Positions 56,188 to 64,000 of a DNA stretch of 64,000 nt are shown here, piece by piece. Every line of letters begins with the position of its first letter. The first letter of the stretch is position 1. Position numbers and translations under genes: made by a program. Source of the stretch: Candidatus Bathyarchaeota archaeon (GTDB taxonomy: Archaea; Thermoproteota; Bathyarchaeia; Bathyarchaeales; Bathycorpusculaceae); the NCBI GenBank assembly GCA_963717465.1, contig OY970340.1:576001-640000 (forward strand). The letters are read 5' to 3'. Under the pieces are notes generated by a model, which searched no databases, was not told the origin of the DNA, and worked only from the letters and a program-made list of their open reading frames with translations.

Positions 56188-57405
56188 CTATCCAAGAGCA
56201 GTCATGAACCTGTCAATTTCCTCACGAGTATTGTATATGTAAAAGCTTGCACGGGCAGAAGACGGCAACGTGAAAGTTTTATGCAAAGGTTGTGCACAGT
56301 GAAAGCCGCTTCGAATGGCTATGCCATAGTTATCGAGTACAAGTGCGACATCGTGAGATGAAAGACCCTCAACATTGAACGCGATGATTCCACTGCTAAA
56401 AGCTTTATTGCTATGCCCATAAATGGTGACACCTTTGAGTTCACCTAATCTTTTGAGGGCATAATCAGTTAACAGCCTTTCATGAGCCAAGACTTCCTTT
56501 AGCCCTATTTCTTGCAGGTAATCAACTGCAGCACCCAAGCCTATAGCACCGGCAATGTCAGGAGTGCCAGCCTCAAACTTTTCAGGCAGCACAGCATAAG
56601 ATATGTCACACTGCTCTTTCTCCTCATCGAATGACACCTCTTTTATCATGCTCCCGCCACCGTGGAAGGGCGTTAACTTCTCAAGAACAGATGTTTTCCC
56701 ATAAAGCACACCTATTCCAGTTGGACCAAGCATCTTATGACCGGAAAAAGCCAAAAAATCAGCATCTAAATCCTGGACATCCACGGGCATGTGCGGAACA
56801 GATTGAGCGCCATCAACCATCATCAACGCGCCATAATTATGAGCCAACCGGGCTAACTTTTTAATGTCATTGATTTCTCCAGTTACGTTTGAAACATGCG
56901 TTAAAGAAACAATCTTAGTCTTCGATGACAACTTCTTTTCAAAATCCCCATAATCAAGCGAGCCATCGCTCTTAATATCCACATATTTTACCTTAAAGCC
57001 TCTGATTCGAGAAAGAATGTTCCATGGAACAATGTTGCTATGATGCTCCATCAGCGAAAGCAAAACTTCATCGCCTTTCTTTAGCGAATGAAGCCCCAGC
57101 GAGTAAGCTACTAAGTTGATCGCTTCAGTAGTTCCTCTGACAAAAATGATTTCACCGGTTTCCTTGGCATTTATGAAACGGGCAACTTTTTCACGCGCTT
57201 GCTTTTCCATTTCTGTTGCTTCCAAGGCAAGAGTGTGAACACCTCTACTGATGTTGGCGTTGTGTTTTTCGTAGAAATCTACTATTGCTTTGATTACTTG
57301 CATTGGTTTTTGAGAAGTAGCTGCATTATCAAAGTAGATTAAAGGGTAATTGTTGATTTTGCGTTTCAGTATTGGAAAGTCTTCTCTAATCTTGTTAACG
57401 TCCAT
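56188..57405 (-). CDS. sufS: SufS-type cysteine desulfurase
   Basis: YFDNAATSQKP, EHHSN, FSGHKMLGPTGIG, RSGFHCAQP. Confidence 0.93.
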   Translation of the reverse strand: MDVNKIREDFPILKRKINNYPLIYFDNAATSQKPMQVIKAIVDFYEKHNANISRGVHTLALEATEMEKQAREKVARFINAKETGEIIFVRGTTEAINLVAYSLGLHSLKKGDEVLLSLMEHHSNIVPWNILSRIRGFKVKYVDIKSDGSLDYGDFEKKLSSKTKIVSLTHVSNVTGEINDIKKLARLAHNYGALMMVDGAQSVPHMPVDVQDLDADFLAFSGHKMLGPTGIGVLYGKTSVLEKLTPFHGGGSMIKEVSFDEEKEQCDISYAVLPEKFEAGTPDIAGAIGLGAAVDYLQEIGLKEVLAHERLLTDYALKRLGELKGVTIYGHSNKAFSSGIIAFNVEGLSSHDVALVLDNYGIAIRSGFHCAQPLHKTFTLPSSARASFYIYNTREEIDRFMTALG

Positions 57406-57438
57406 GCAATTACCCTTTCTAGTAGGTTATTTTGATAA

Positions 57439-57451
57439 ATAACATCGTTAT
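57439..57451. promoter_or_regulatory. ATAAC-N3-GTTAT operator upstream of sufS
   Basis: ATAACATCGTTAT. Confidence 0.7.
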
Positions 57452-57537
57452 ATAAATGTTCTTTAAATGACCAACCAATTCCCTTAGATCCACAATGAGA
57501 AAAACAATTTGAACCATGAAATTTATTAAGTTAAATT

Positions 57538-57550
57538 ATAAGACTGTTAT
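57538..57550. promoter_or_regulatory. Operator variant upstream of the HTH regulator
   Basis: ATAAGACTGTTAT (one mismatch), just after a TATA-like TTTATTAAG. Confidence 0.6.
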
Positions 57551-57565
57551 AAAGGATAAGGTAAA

Positions 57566-57907
57566 ATGAGTGCTCGATGCGAAACTATTGGCAAGTTCGT
57601 AATGCCTGTTTTTAGGTCACTTGTTGCAAAAGAACTTGTGAACACCTATCATTTAACGCAAGTTGATGCCGCCAAGAAGCTTGGAACAACCCAAGCTGCA
57701 ATAAGTCAATACCTTACTTCAAAACGGGCAATCAAAGGCAGTGAACAATTCGTTGCGTTGTTGCCGAAAATTCAGGCTAAAGCAAAAGACACTGCCGAGC
57801 GTCTTGTTAAAAATGAAGTAAGCTGGAAGAATGTGACAGCAGATTTTTGTAAACTCTGCCTAACATTCTGTAAAGAAGATCAAGCAAGCCAAGATTATAA
57901 CATCTAA
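57566..57907 (+). CDS. Archaeal HTH transcription regulator with Cys motifs
   Basis: RCE...P.FRSLVAKEL...LTQVDAAKKLGTTQAAISQY...FCKLC. Confidence 0.85.
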   Translation: MSARCETIGKFVMPVFRSLVAKELVNTYHLTQVDAAKKLGTTQAAISQYLTSKRAIKGSEQFVALLPKIQAKAKDTAERLVKNEVSWKNVTADFCKLCLTFCKEDQASQDYNI

Positions 57908-58056
57908 CTACCGTTCTTTAAGCAGATTGTTGTAGTCATCCCAAACTGCAGGAGTTCGTTAACGGAGCTTCAATTTTGGTATTTGCGGCTCAAATAATTG
58001 GTAATTGTAGATTTACTTGCTAAGCTGTTTACCATAAGAGTTTTAAGCAACAATCT

Positions 58057-58069
58057 ATAACAGTGTTAT
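58057..58069. promoter_or_regulatory. ATAAC-N3-GTTAT operator upstream of cysK
   Basis: (T)ATAACAGTGTTAT(A), just after a TATA-like TTTTAAG. Confidence 0.72.
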
Positions 58070-58094
58070 AATTATTGTAAAAGGTGAAAAAGAC

Positions 58095-59048
58095 ATGCAA
58101 ATATCAAACAACGTATTAGACACAATAGGCAAAACACCCCTAGTACGCCTAAACCGATTAGTTGAAGGCTTAAACGCCACGGTTGTCGGCAAACTAGAAT
58201 CCAGAAATCCAGGTGGAAGTGTTAAAGACCGCATATGCCTCAGCATGATAAATGAAGCTGAAAAACAGGGACTAATCAAAAAAGAAACCGTTATCATTGA
58301 ACCTACAAGCGGAAACACCGGTATAGGCTTAGCCATGGTAGCAGCCGTAAGAGGATACAAACTTATCTTGGCAATGCCTGAAACCATGAGCATCGAGCGA
58401 AGAAATCTGCTAAAAGCCTACGGTGCACAACTCGTTTTGACACCAGGATCGGAAGGGATGAGCGGGGCAGTCAAAAAAGCGGAAGAACTTGCCAAAAACA
58501 CGCCGAATAGTTTTGTTCCCCAGCAATTTAAAAACTTTGCAAACCCGAAAATTCACAAGGATACGACTGGACCAGAAATTTGGAATGATACTGATGGAAA
58601 AGTGGATATTTTAGTTTCAGGTGTCGGCACGGGAGGCACTATAACAGGCGTTGCACAGTACATTAAATCGTTAAAACCAACGTTCAAGGCGATAGCTGTT
58701 GAGCCAGCGGCATCACCAGTGCTGAGCGGTGGAGCTAAAGGACTGCATAAAATTCAAGGCATAGGCGCGGGCTTTATCCCAGAAGTGCTGAAACTTGACT
58801 TAGTCGATGAAATATTCAAGGTAAAAGATGAAGAAGCGATACAAACTGCACGCCAATTAGTACAAAAAGAAGGCTTGCTCGTAGGAATATCTTCAGGAGC
58901 AGCTGCGTTTGCTGCACTAGAAGTAGCCAAGAGAGCAGAAAACAAGGGCAAACTCATCGTGGTTATTCTTCCTGATACTGGAGAGCGATATTTGAGCACT
59001 GTGCTATTCCAAGAGCCGCCTGCGCCAGACAATAGTCCAAAGATTTAA
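58095..59048 (+). CDS. cysK: Cysteine synthase A
   Basis: [39 protein letters not shown]. Confidence 0.97.
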   Translation: MQISNNVLDTIGKTPLVRLNRLVEGLNATVVGKLESRNPGGSVKDRICLSMINEAEKQGLIKKETVIIEPTSGNTGIGLAMVAAVRGYKLILAMPETMSIERRNLLKAYGAQLVLTPGSEGMSGAVKKAEELAKNTPNSFVPQQFKNFANPKIHKDTTGPEIWNDTDGKVDILVSGVGTGGTITGVAQYIKSLKPTFKAIAVEPAASPVLSGGAKGLHKIQGIGAGFIPEVLKLDLVDEIFKVKDEEAIQTARQLVQKEGLLVGISSGAAAFAALEVAKRAENKGKLIVVILPDTGERYLSTVLFQEPPAPDNSPKI

Positions 59049-59112
59049 AACCTAAAAACAATCTGTTTCTTTATATTCTTCTTTTGCGCCTTAAAAAGGG
59101 AAGTGAATATAA

Positions 59113-60171
59113 ATGGCAAGAAAGGTCGGTAAATCGCTTCCGAAAAAGTGTAGGGAATGCAAAGAAAGAGACTTATCTTCTGACTGCTGGAACCCTGAGA
59201 AAATGCTGAGCACTCTTATGCAGAATGTTGATACAGTAGAGAAGAATTGGCTTGAAGCAAGCTTACCGCTACTTGTGGACCAAATAATGGCCAATTATGA
59301 TAGGTTTGGAGGAATGGATCATCTTGAAGGAAGAGACCTCCCATCGAAAGATGTAGTTATTTCAGTCCTTGAAGACTTGTTCATGGTTCTTTTTCCAGGT
59401 TACATTGGGAAAGCAGAAATTACTAAGGCCAACATAAAATATCAGCTTGGAACGACCTTAACTTCAATTTATACAAGACTCACAGGCGAAGTTGAAAAAA
59501 GCCTCAAGTATATTTGTCGAAAAATCAGCGAGTGCCCTGAGGATATATGCCAGAAAAGAGCTCAAGTAGTAGTTAAAGAACTGCTGGAGAAAATACCTGA
59601 AATACGCTCTAAATTGAGTGGTGACATTGAATCAGCCTTCAGCGGGGACCCCGCTGCTACGAGCACGGAAGAAGTGATACTTAGTTACCCATGTGTTCTT
59701 GCAATAACAACTTACAGAATAGCCCACGAACTCTACCTTAGAGGAGTACCGTTAATTCCAAGAATAATGAGCGAGCACCTGCATTCATTAACGGGCATTG
59801 ATATTCATCCTGGAGCAAAAATAGGCAAAAACTTTTTCATTGATCACGGTACAGGGGTTGTAATCGGAGAAACAACTGAAATAGGGGATAACGTGAAACT
59901 TTACCAAGGAGTAACATTAGGTGCCCTAAGTTTCCCAAAAGATGAAAAAGGAAACATCATTAAAGGAAGAAAAAGGCATCCAACTGTTGGAAACAACGTT
60001 GTAATCTATTCTGGAGCAACACTTCTGGGACCTGACGCAGTTATAGGAGATAATGTGGTCATAGGCGGAAACGTTTGGGTTACAGAAAAAGTGGAACCAG
60101 ATACAAGAATAACCTTAGCAACCCCAGAACTAAAATACAAAAAAGAAAACCACAATAAAAAAAGCAAGTAA
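59113..60171 (+). CDS. cysE: Serine O-acetyltransferase (long CysE/EpsC type)
   Basis: [32 protein letters not shown]. Confidence 0.93.
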   Translation: MARKVGKSLPKKCRECKERDLSSDCWNPEKMLSTLMQNVDTVEKNWLEASLPLLVDQIMANYDRFGGMDHLEGRDLPSKDVVISVLEDLFMVLFPGYIGKAEITKANIKYQLGTTLTSIYTRLTGEVEKSLKYICRKISECPEDICQKRAQVVVKELLEKIPEIRSKLSGDIESAFSGDPAATSTEEVILSYPCVLAITTYRIAHELYLRGVPLIPRIMSEHLHSLTGIDIHPGAKIGKNFFIDHGTGVVIGETTEIGDNVKLYQGVTLGALSFPKDEKGNIIKGRKRHPTVGNNVVIYSGATLLGPDAVIGDNVVIGGNVWVTEKVEPDTRITLATPELKYKKENHNKKSK

Positions 60172-60178
60172 ATCTGTC

Positions 60179-60622
60179 TTAAATCAATCTAAAGTTTTCT
60201 TTTACACTTGTCAGTACTACATGCGTGTTTGTTCGTTCAATGTGAGCCATGGACAGCAACTTTTTAGTGAAGTGGCTTAGTTCTTCTCTATTCTTAAACT
60301 TTGCAACTATCATTGCGTCTGTTGATCCAGTGACATCGTATACGCCGCAGACGTTTGGAATTTTAGCTATTTCGCTTTCCATTTCCAAGAGTCTGCCTTT
60401 TGAAACAGTAATCTCGGTTATAACAGTCAATTGGTAACCAAGTTTTTCATGATCCAAAATAGCTGAGTATCCTTTGATTAGACCCTCATCTTCCATTTTC
60501 TTGATTCTCGAAAGAACCGTGCCGACCGAAACGCCAACATTCTTTGCGATTTGTCGGCTTGAGAACCTTGCATCTTCTAAGAGGCTTTGCAGGATTTTAA
60601 CGTCTGTTTCATTTAAATTCAT
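60179..60622 (-). CDS. Lrp/AsnC-family regulator
   Basis: DARFSSRQIAK...RIKKMEDEGLIKGY, VYDVTG. Confidence 0.92.
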   Translation of the reverse strand: MNLNETDVKILQSLLEDARFSSRQIAKNVGVSVGTVLSRIKKMEDEGLIKGYSAILDHEKLGYQLTVITEITVSKGRLLEMESEIAKIPNVCGVYDVTGSTDAMIVAKFKNREELSHFTKKLLSMAHIERTNTHVVLTSVKENFRLI

Positions 60623-60821
60623 AAATCATCTCACCTTGCACATTTTTTCAGCTATACACACTTTTTAGTGACATACTTCTAATTATCTCCATATTATCTT
60701 AATAAAAGTTTAGCTTAATCAAGTAACCAGTTTGATAAATAACTGCAAGCAAATATTTCTTAGCATATATAAAGAGCAATCTTAAATTACCACGTTAAGA
60801 CCCAATAATCAGCGTGCGAAA

Positions 60822-62372
60822 ATGCAAGTAAAATACGACACTATACTCGTGCTCGACTTCGGGGGGCAATACTGCCACTTAATAGGTAGAAGAATCAGGG
60901 AACAAGGAGTCTACTCAGAAATAGTTCCACACGATATAACACCGCAAGAAATTAACGCTTTAAACGAGAAGTTCAATGTTAAAGGCTTAATTTTCTCAGG
61001 AGGACCCTCAAGCGTTTACGAGCCAAACGCTCCAAAAATTGACCCAAATATTCTAGAAGTCAACTTGCCAATTCTTGGCCTCTGCTACGGGCATCAATTA
61101 ATAGCTCAATTGTCAAAAGGCAAAGTTGAACCAGCAACATGCAAGGAATACGGGATCGCCCAAGTATTAATCGACAAACCCGTTGGCGTGTTAGAAGGTT
61201 TAAGCCAAAAAGAAAAGGTTTGGATGAGCCATGGGGATACTGTGTTCAGCTTACCCGTAGACTTTGAAGAGTTGGCGCATACTGAGAACTGCCCAGTTGC
61301 AGCCTTTAGACACAAACAAAAGCCCATTTACGGTTTACAATGGCATCCAGAAGTTATTCACACCGAAAACGGCGAACGTATGCTCCACAATTTTATCTTT
61401 CAAGTCTGCAAGTGCGAAGCTAACTGGCAAATGGAAGACCTAATAGAAAAAATGGTTAAAGAATTAAAAGCTGAAGTTGGCCAAGGCACAGCCATAATTG
61501 GCCTTAGCGGAGGCATCGATTCAAGCGTTGCCACAGCCATCGCAGCACGTGCATTGGATAATAGGTTAACAGCGGTTTTCGTTGACCATGGTTTCATGCG
61601 AGAAGGTGAGCCTGAATCGATTAGAGAAACGTTTCAGAAATTCAACATTAACTTCATAGTTGCCAATGCCCAAGAAAGATTCATGCAGAAACTTGAGGGC
61701 GTCAGTGAACCTGAAAAGAAACGCAAAATAATGGGAGAAGAATTTATTCGCGTTTTCGAAGAGGAAGCCCTCAAATCAGGAGCAGAATACCTTATTCAAG
61801 GAACAATTTATCCTGACAGAATAGAATCGGGGTTCCGAAAAAACTCGGATAAAATAAAAAGTCACCACAACGTGGCAGGGCTTCCTGAAAAAATAAAATT
61901 CAAAAAAATCCTGGAGCCTCTGCGCGACTTGTACAAAGATGAAGTGCGAAAGGTTGCCAGAATGCTTAATCTGCCAAATGAAATAGTTATGCGGCAACCG
62001 TTTCCTGGACCTGGACTTGCAGTTCGAATAATCGGTGAATTGACACTTGAGAAAGTTAGAATCACGAAGAAAGCTGACAAGATAGTCAGAGAGGAAATTG
62101 AGAAGAATGGCTTAGCTGAAAACCTTTGGCAGTACTTTGCCGTCTTAACAAACACTAGAGCAACAGGGGTTAAAGGTGATGCTCGAGCCTATGGCTACGT
62201 AGTTGCCGTTCGAACCATGGAAAGCCGTGAAGCCATGACTGCTAGCTTTGCAGAAATTCCATATCCAATTCTGGAAAAAATCTCAACTCGAATAACAAAC
62301 GAAATCCGCGAAGTCACGCATGTGGTTTACGACATAACTCATAAACCGCCCGCAACTATCGAATGGGAATAG
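60822..62372 (+). CDS. guaA: GMP synthase (fused GATase plus synthetase)
   Basis: LDFGGQY, GLCYGHQ, QWHPEV, LSGGIDS, KSHHNV, KPPATIEWE. Confidence 0.97.
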   Translation: MQVKYDTILVLDFGGQYCHLIGRRIREQGVYSEIVPHDITPQEINALNEKFNVKGLIFSGGPSSVYEPNAPKIDPNILEVNLPILGLCYGHQLIAQLSKGKVEPATCKEYGIAQVLIDKPVGVLEGLSQKEKVWMSHGDTVFSLPVDFEELAHTENCPVAAFRHKQKPIYGLQWHPEVIHTENGERMLHNFIFQVCKCEANWQMEDLIEKMVKELKAEVGQGTAIIGLSGGIDSSVATAIAARALDNRLTAVFVDHGFMREGEPESIRETFQKFNINFIVANAQERFMQKLEGVSEPEKKRKIMGEEFIRVFEEEALKSGAEYLIQGTIYPDRIESGFRKNSDKIKSHHNVAGLPEKIKFKKILEPLRDLYKDEVRKVARMLNLPNEIVMRQPFPGPGLAVRIIGELTLEKVRITKKADKIVREEIEKNGLAENLWQYFAVLTNTRATGVKGDARAYGYVVAVRTMESREAMTASFAEIPYPILEKISTRITNEIREVTHVVYDITHKPPATIEWE

Positions 62373-62432
62373 AGCGAGCCATAACTGTTTTATAAAGACA
62401 AGTTGAATATTGAAGCACGTCTGAAGGTGAAA

Positions 62433-63521
62433 ATGCTGAAAGCTGTGATATTAGCAGGCGGGTTTGCAACCAGACTCAGACCATTAAGCTGTGCCAGACC
62501 CAAAACACTTTTCCCAATAGTAAATAAACCGTTATTAGAGTGGATTTTTGAAAGACTCGCCAAGAGTAACGTGCAAGAAGCGATAATGGCCGTCAACGCA
62601 CTAACACAATTTTATCTTAAGCAGCAAAAAACACAGAAACACGGTTTAAGAATAAGGTTTTCCGTTGACCCCAAAACGCCTCTGGGAACGGGTGGACCGA
62701 TAAAAAAGGCTGAAAAATTCATCGGACGAACCGAACCTTTTCTTGTCTTAAACGGAGACATATTTACGGACATAAATTATGTTGAACTGGTAAATGCTCA
62801 TAAAAAAACAGGGGCGTTAGCGACATTAGCTCTCTGCAAAGTTGAAGACCCTTGCCAGTTTGGCGTTGCAGATTTAGACGAAAATAACTGCATAAAAAGA
62901 TTCGTGGAGAAACCATCCAGAGACAAAGCACCCTCTAACTTGATAAACGCTGGAGTATACGTTTTCAACCCTGAAGTTCTTGACTACATCCCAAAAGGAA
63001 AAGCAGTCTCAATAGAACGAGAAGTTTTTCCTAAACTAGCTGAAGAAAACAAGTTGTACGGACACTTAGTTAACGGGTTATGGATGGATATAGGTAAACC
63101 TGAAGAGTATTTGGAAACAAACAAGATAATTCTGGATTCTCTAAACAATCCTCAAAATTACAGTAAAGCCCAAAATTACGAAGTTAAAATGCCGATCGCT
63201 CTGGATAAAAAAGTTGTCATTGGCGAAAAATCAGTTATAGGACCATACGCTATCCTAGGAAAAAACGTTACAGTTGGAAAACATGCAAAAATAAGAAACT
63301 CAGTCGTTTTTCCAGACACAATAATTGGCGATGGCACAGTAATAGATGGCGCCGTAATCGGTGAAGGTGCAGTACTGGGGAAGAATGTTAAGGTTAACAA
63401 GGGATGCATGATTGCAGATCGTGTTAAAATAAAAGACAACGTTAACTTAACAGAGGAATCTTCGGTCTGCCCAGCTAAAGAGGTATCTGAAAACATTTTA
63501 AAAAGAAATATCATTTGTTAA
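62433..63521 (+). CDS. NDP-sugar pyrophosphorylase (mannose-1-P guanylyltransferase-like)
   Basis: LAGGFATRLRPL, PLGTGG, FVEKP, WMDIG, C-terminal hexapeptide repeats. Confidence 0.9.
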   Translation: MLKAVILAGGFATRLRPLSCARPKTLFPIVNKPLLEWIFERLAKSNVQEAIMAVNALTQFYLKQQKTQKHGLRIRFSVDPKTPLGTGGPIKKAEKFIGRTEPFLVLNGDIFTDINYVELVNAHKKTGALATLALCKVEDPCQFGVADLDENNCIKRFVEKPSRDKAPSNLINAGVYVFNPEVLDYIPKGKAVSIEREVFPKLAEENKLYGHLVNGLWMDIGKPEEYLETNKIILDSLNNPQNYSKAQNYEVKMPIALDKKVVIGEKSVIGPYAILGKNVTVGKHAKIRNSVVFPDTIIGDGTVIDGAVIGEGAVLGKNVKVNKGCMIADRVKIKDNVNLTEESSVCPAKEVSENILKRNIIC

Positions 63522-63543
63522 TAGTAAGAGTTGAAAAAGAATT

Positions 63544-64000
63544 ATGAGTTCAAAGAAACTTTTTGGAACGAATGGAATTCGTGGATTAGTTAACAAGGAA
63601 TTAACCCCTGAAATGGCCATCAAAGTCGGCTCATCGATTGGAACTTTTTTTAAAAGAAAAGACTTGCTTGTAGGCTACGATGCGCGCACAAGCGGACCAA
63701 TGTTTTCTAAAGCAGTTATTTCTGGCCTAACATCAACAGGATGCAATGTGTATTTAGCTGGAATGGCACCGACACCCGCACTTCAATTTGCAATTAAAAA
63801 TCATAAAATGGACGGTGGAGTAATAATAACTGCATCACACAATCCTCCAGAATACAACGGCATCAAAGTCATCTGGAAAGATGGAATAGAAACTTCTCAT
63901 GAACAAGAAGAAAAAATAGAAAACATTTACTTTAAGGAAAAGCAGGTTCTTGCAGAATGGAATAGGCTCGGAGAAAAACGGGAATTACCTGCAATAAACG
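63544..64000 (+). CDS. Phosphohexomutase (GlmM/PMM), 3' truncated
   Basis: KLFGTNGIRG, GYDARTS, ITASHNPPEYNGIK; no stop before window end. Confidence 0.92.
   Translation, partial: MSSKKLFGTNGIRGLVNKELTPEMAIKVGSSIGTFFKRKDLLVGYDARTSGPMFSKAVISGLTSTGCNVYLAGMAPTPALQFAIKNHKMDGGVIITASHNPPEYNGIKVIWKDGIETSHEQEEKIENIYFKEKQVLAEWNRLGEKRELPAIN

Noticed and set aside
55535..58069. SurR binding sites
   Set aside because: The SurR consensus is GTT-N3-AAC; the motif here has the opposite half-site order.

Overview
Archaeal chromosomal window, most consistent with Bathyarchaeia (inferred from gene content and protein style; not verified). In order it holds: chemotaxis genes (cheC x2, cheR, cheA, cheW, cheB); an archaeal CODH/ACS operon (cdhABCDE); an acetate module (ACD-GNAT fusion, SatP, acs) and two cooC; an arsenic cluster (arsM, AbrB/HgcC-like, acr3, arsC); F420 genes (FrhB-like, cofC, mer, cofE); a PLP-enzyme/DUF1611/PP-loop operon behind a structured ~150-nt leader; two deoxyhypusine synthase paralogs; a Mo/W-bisPGD oxidoreductase; argS; an HDAC; a tRNA-Leu(GAG)-anchored toxin-antitoxin island; a Ser/Met/Cys cluster; guaA; and sugar-nucleotide genes. 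Many genes carry single +1 insertions that look like assembly errors. Top candidates for new biology: (1) an in-frame UGA exactly at the predicted metal-ligand Cys of the Mo/W enzyme, followed at once by a strong hairpin, i.e. a candidate selenoprotein with a bacterial-position SECIS in an archaeon; (2) ~750-bp VapBC cassettes, each bounded by a tRNA-Leu 3' fragment, with no integrase in view; (3) an ATAAC-N3-GTTAT operator shared by the sulfur amino-acid promoters; (4) a riboswitch-like leader at 30943-31089.
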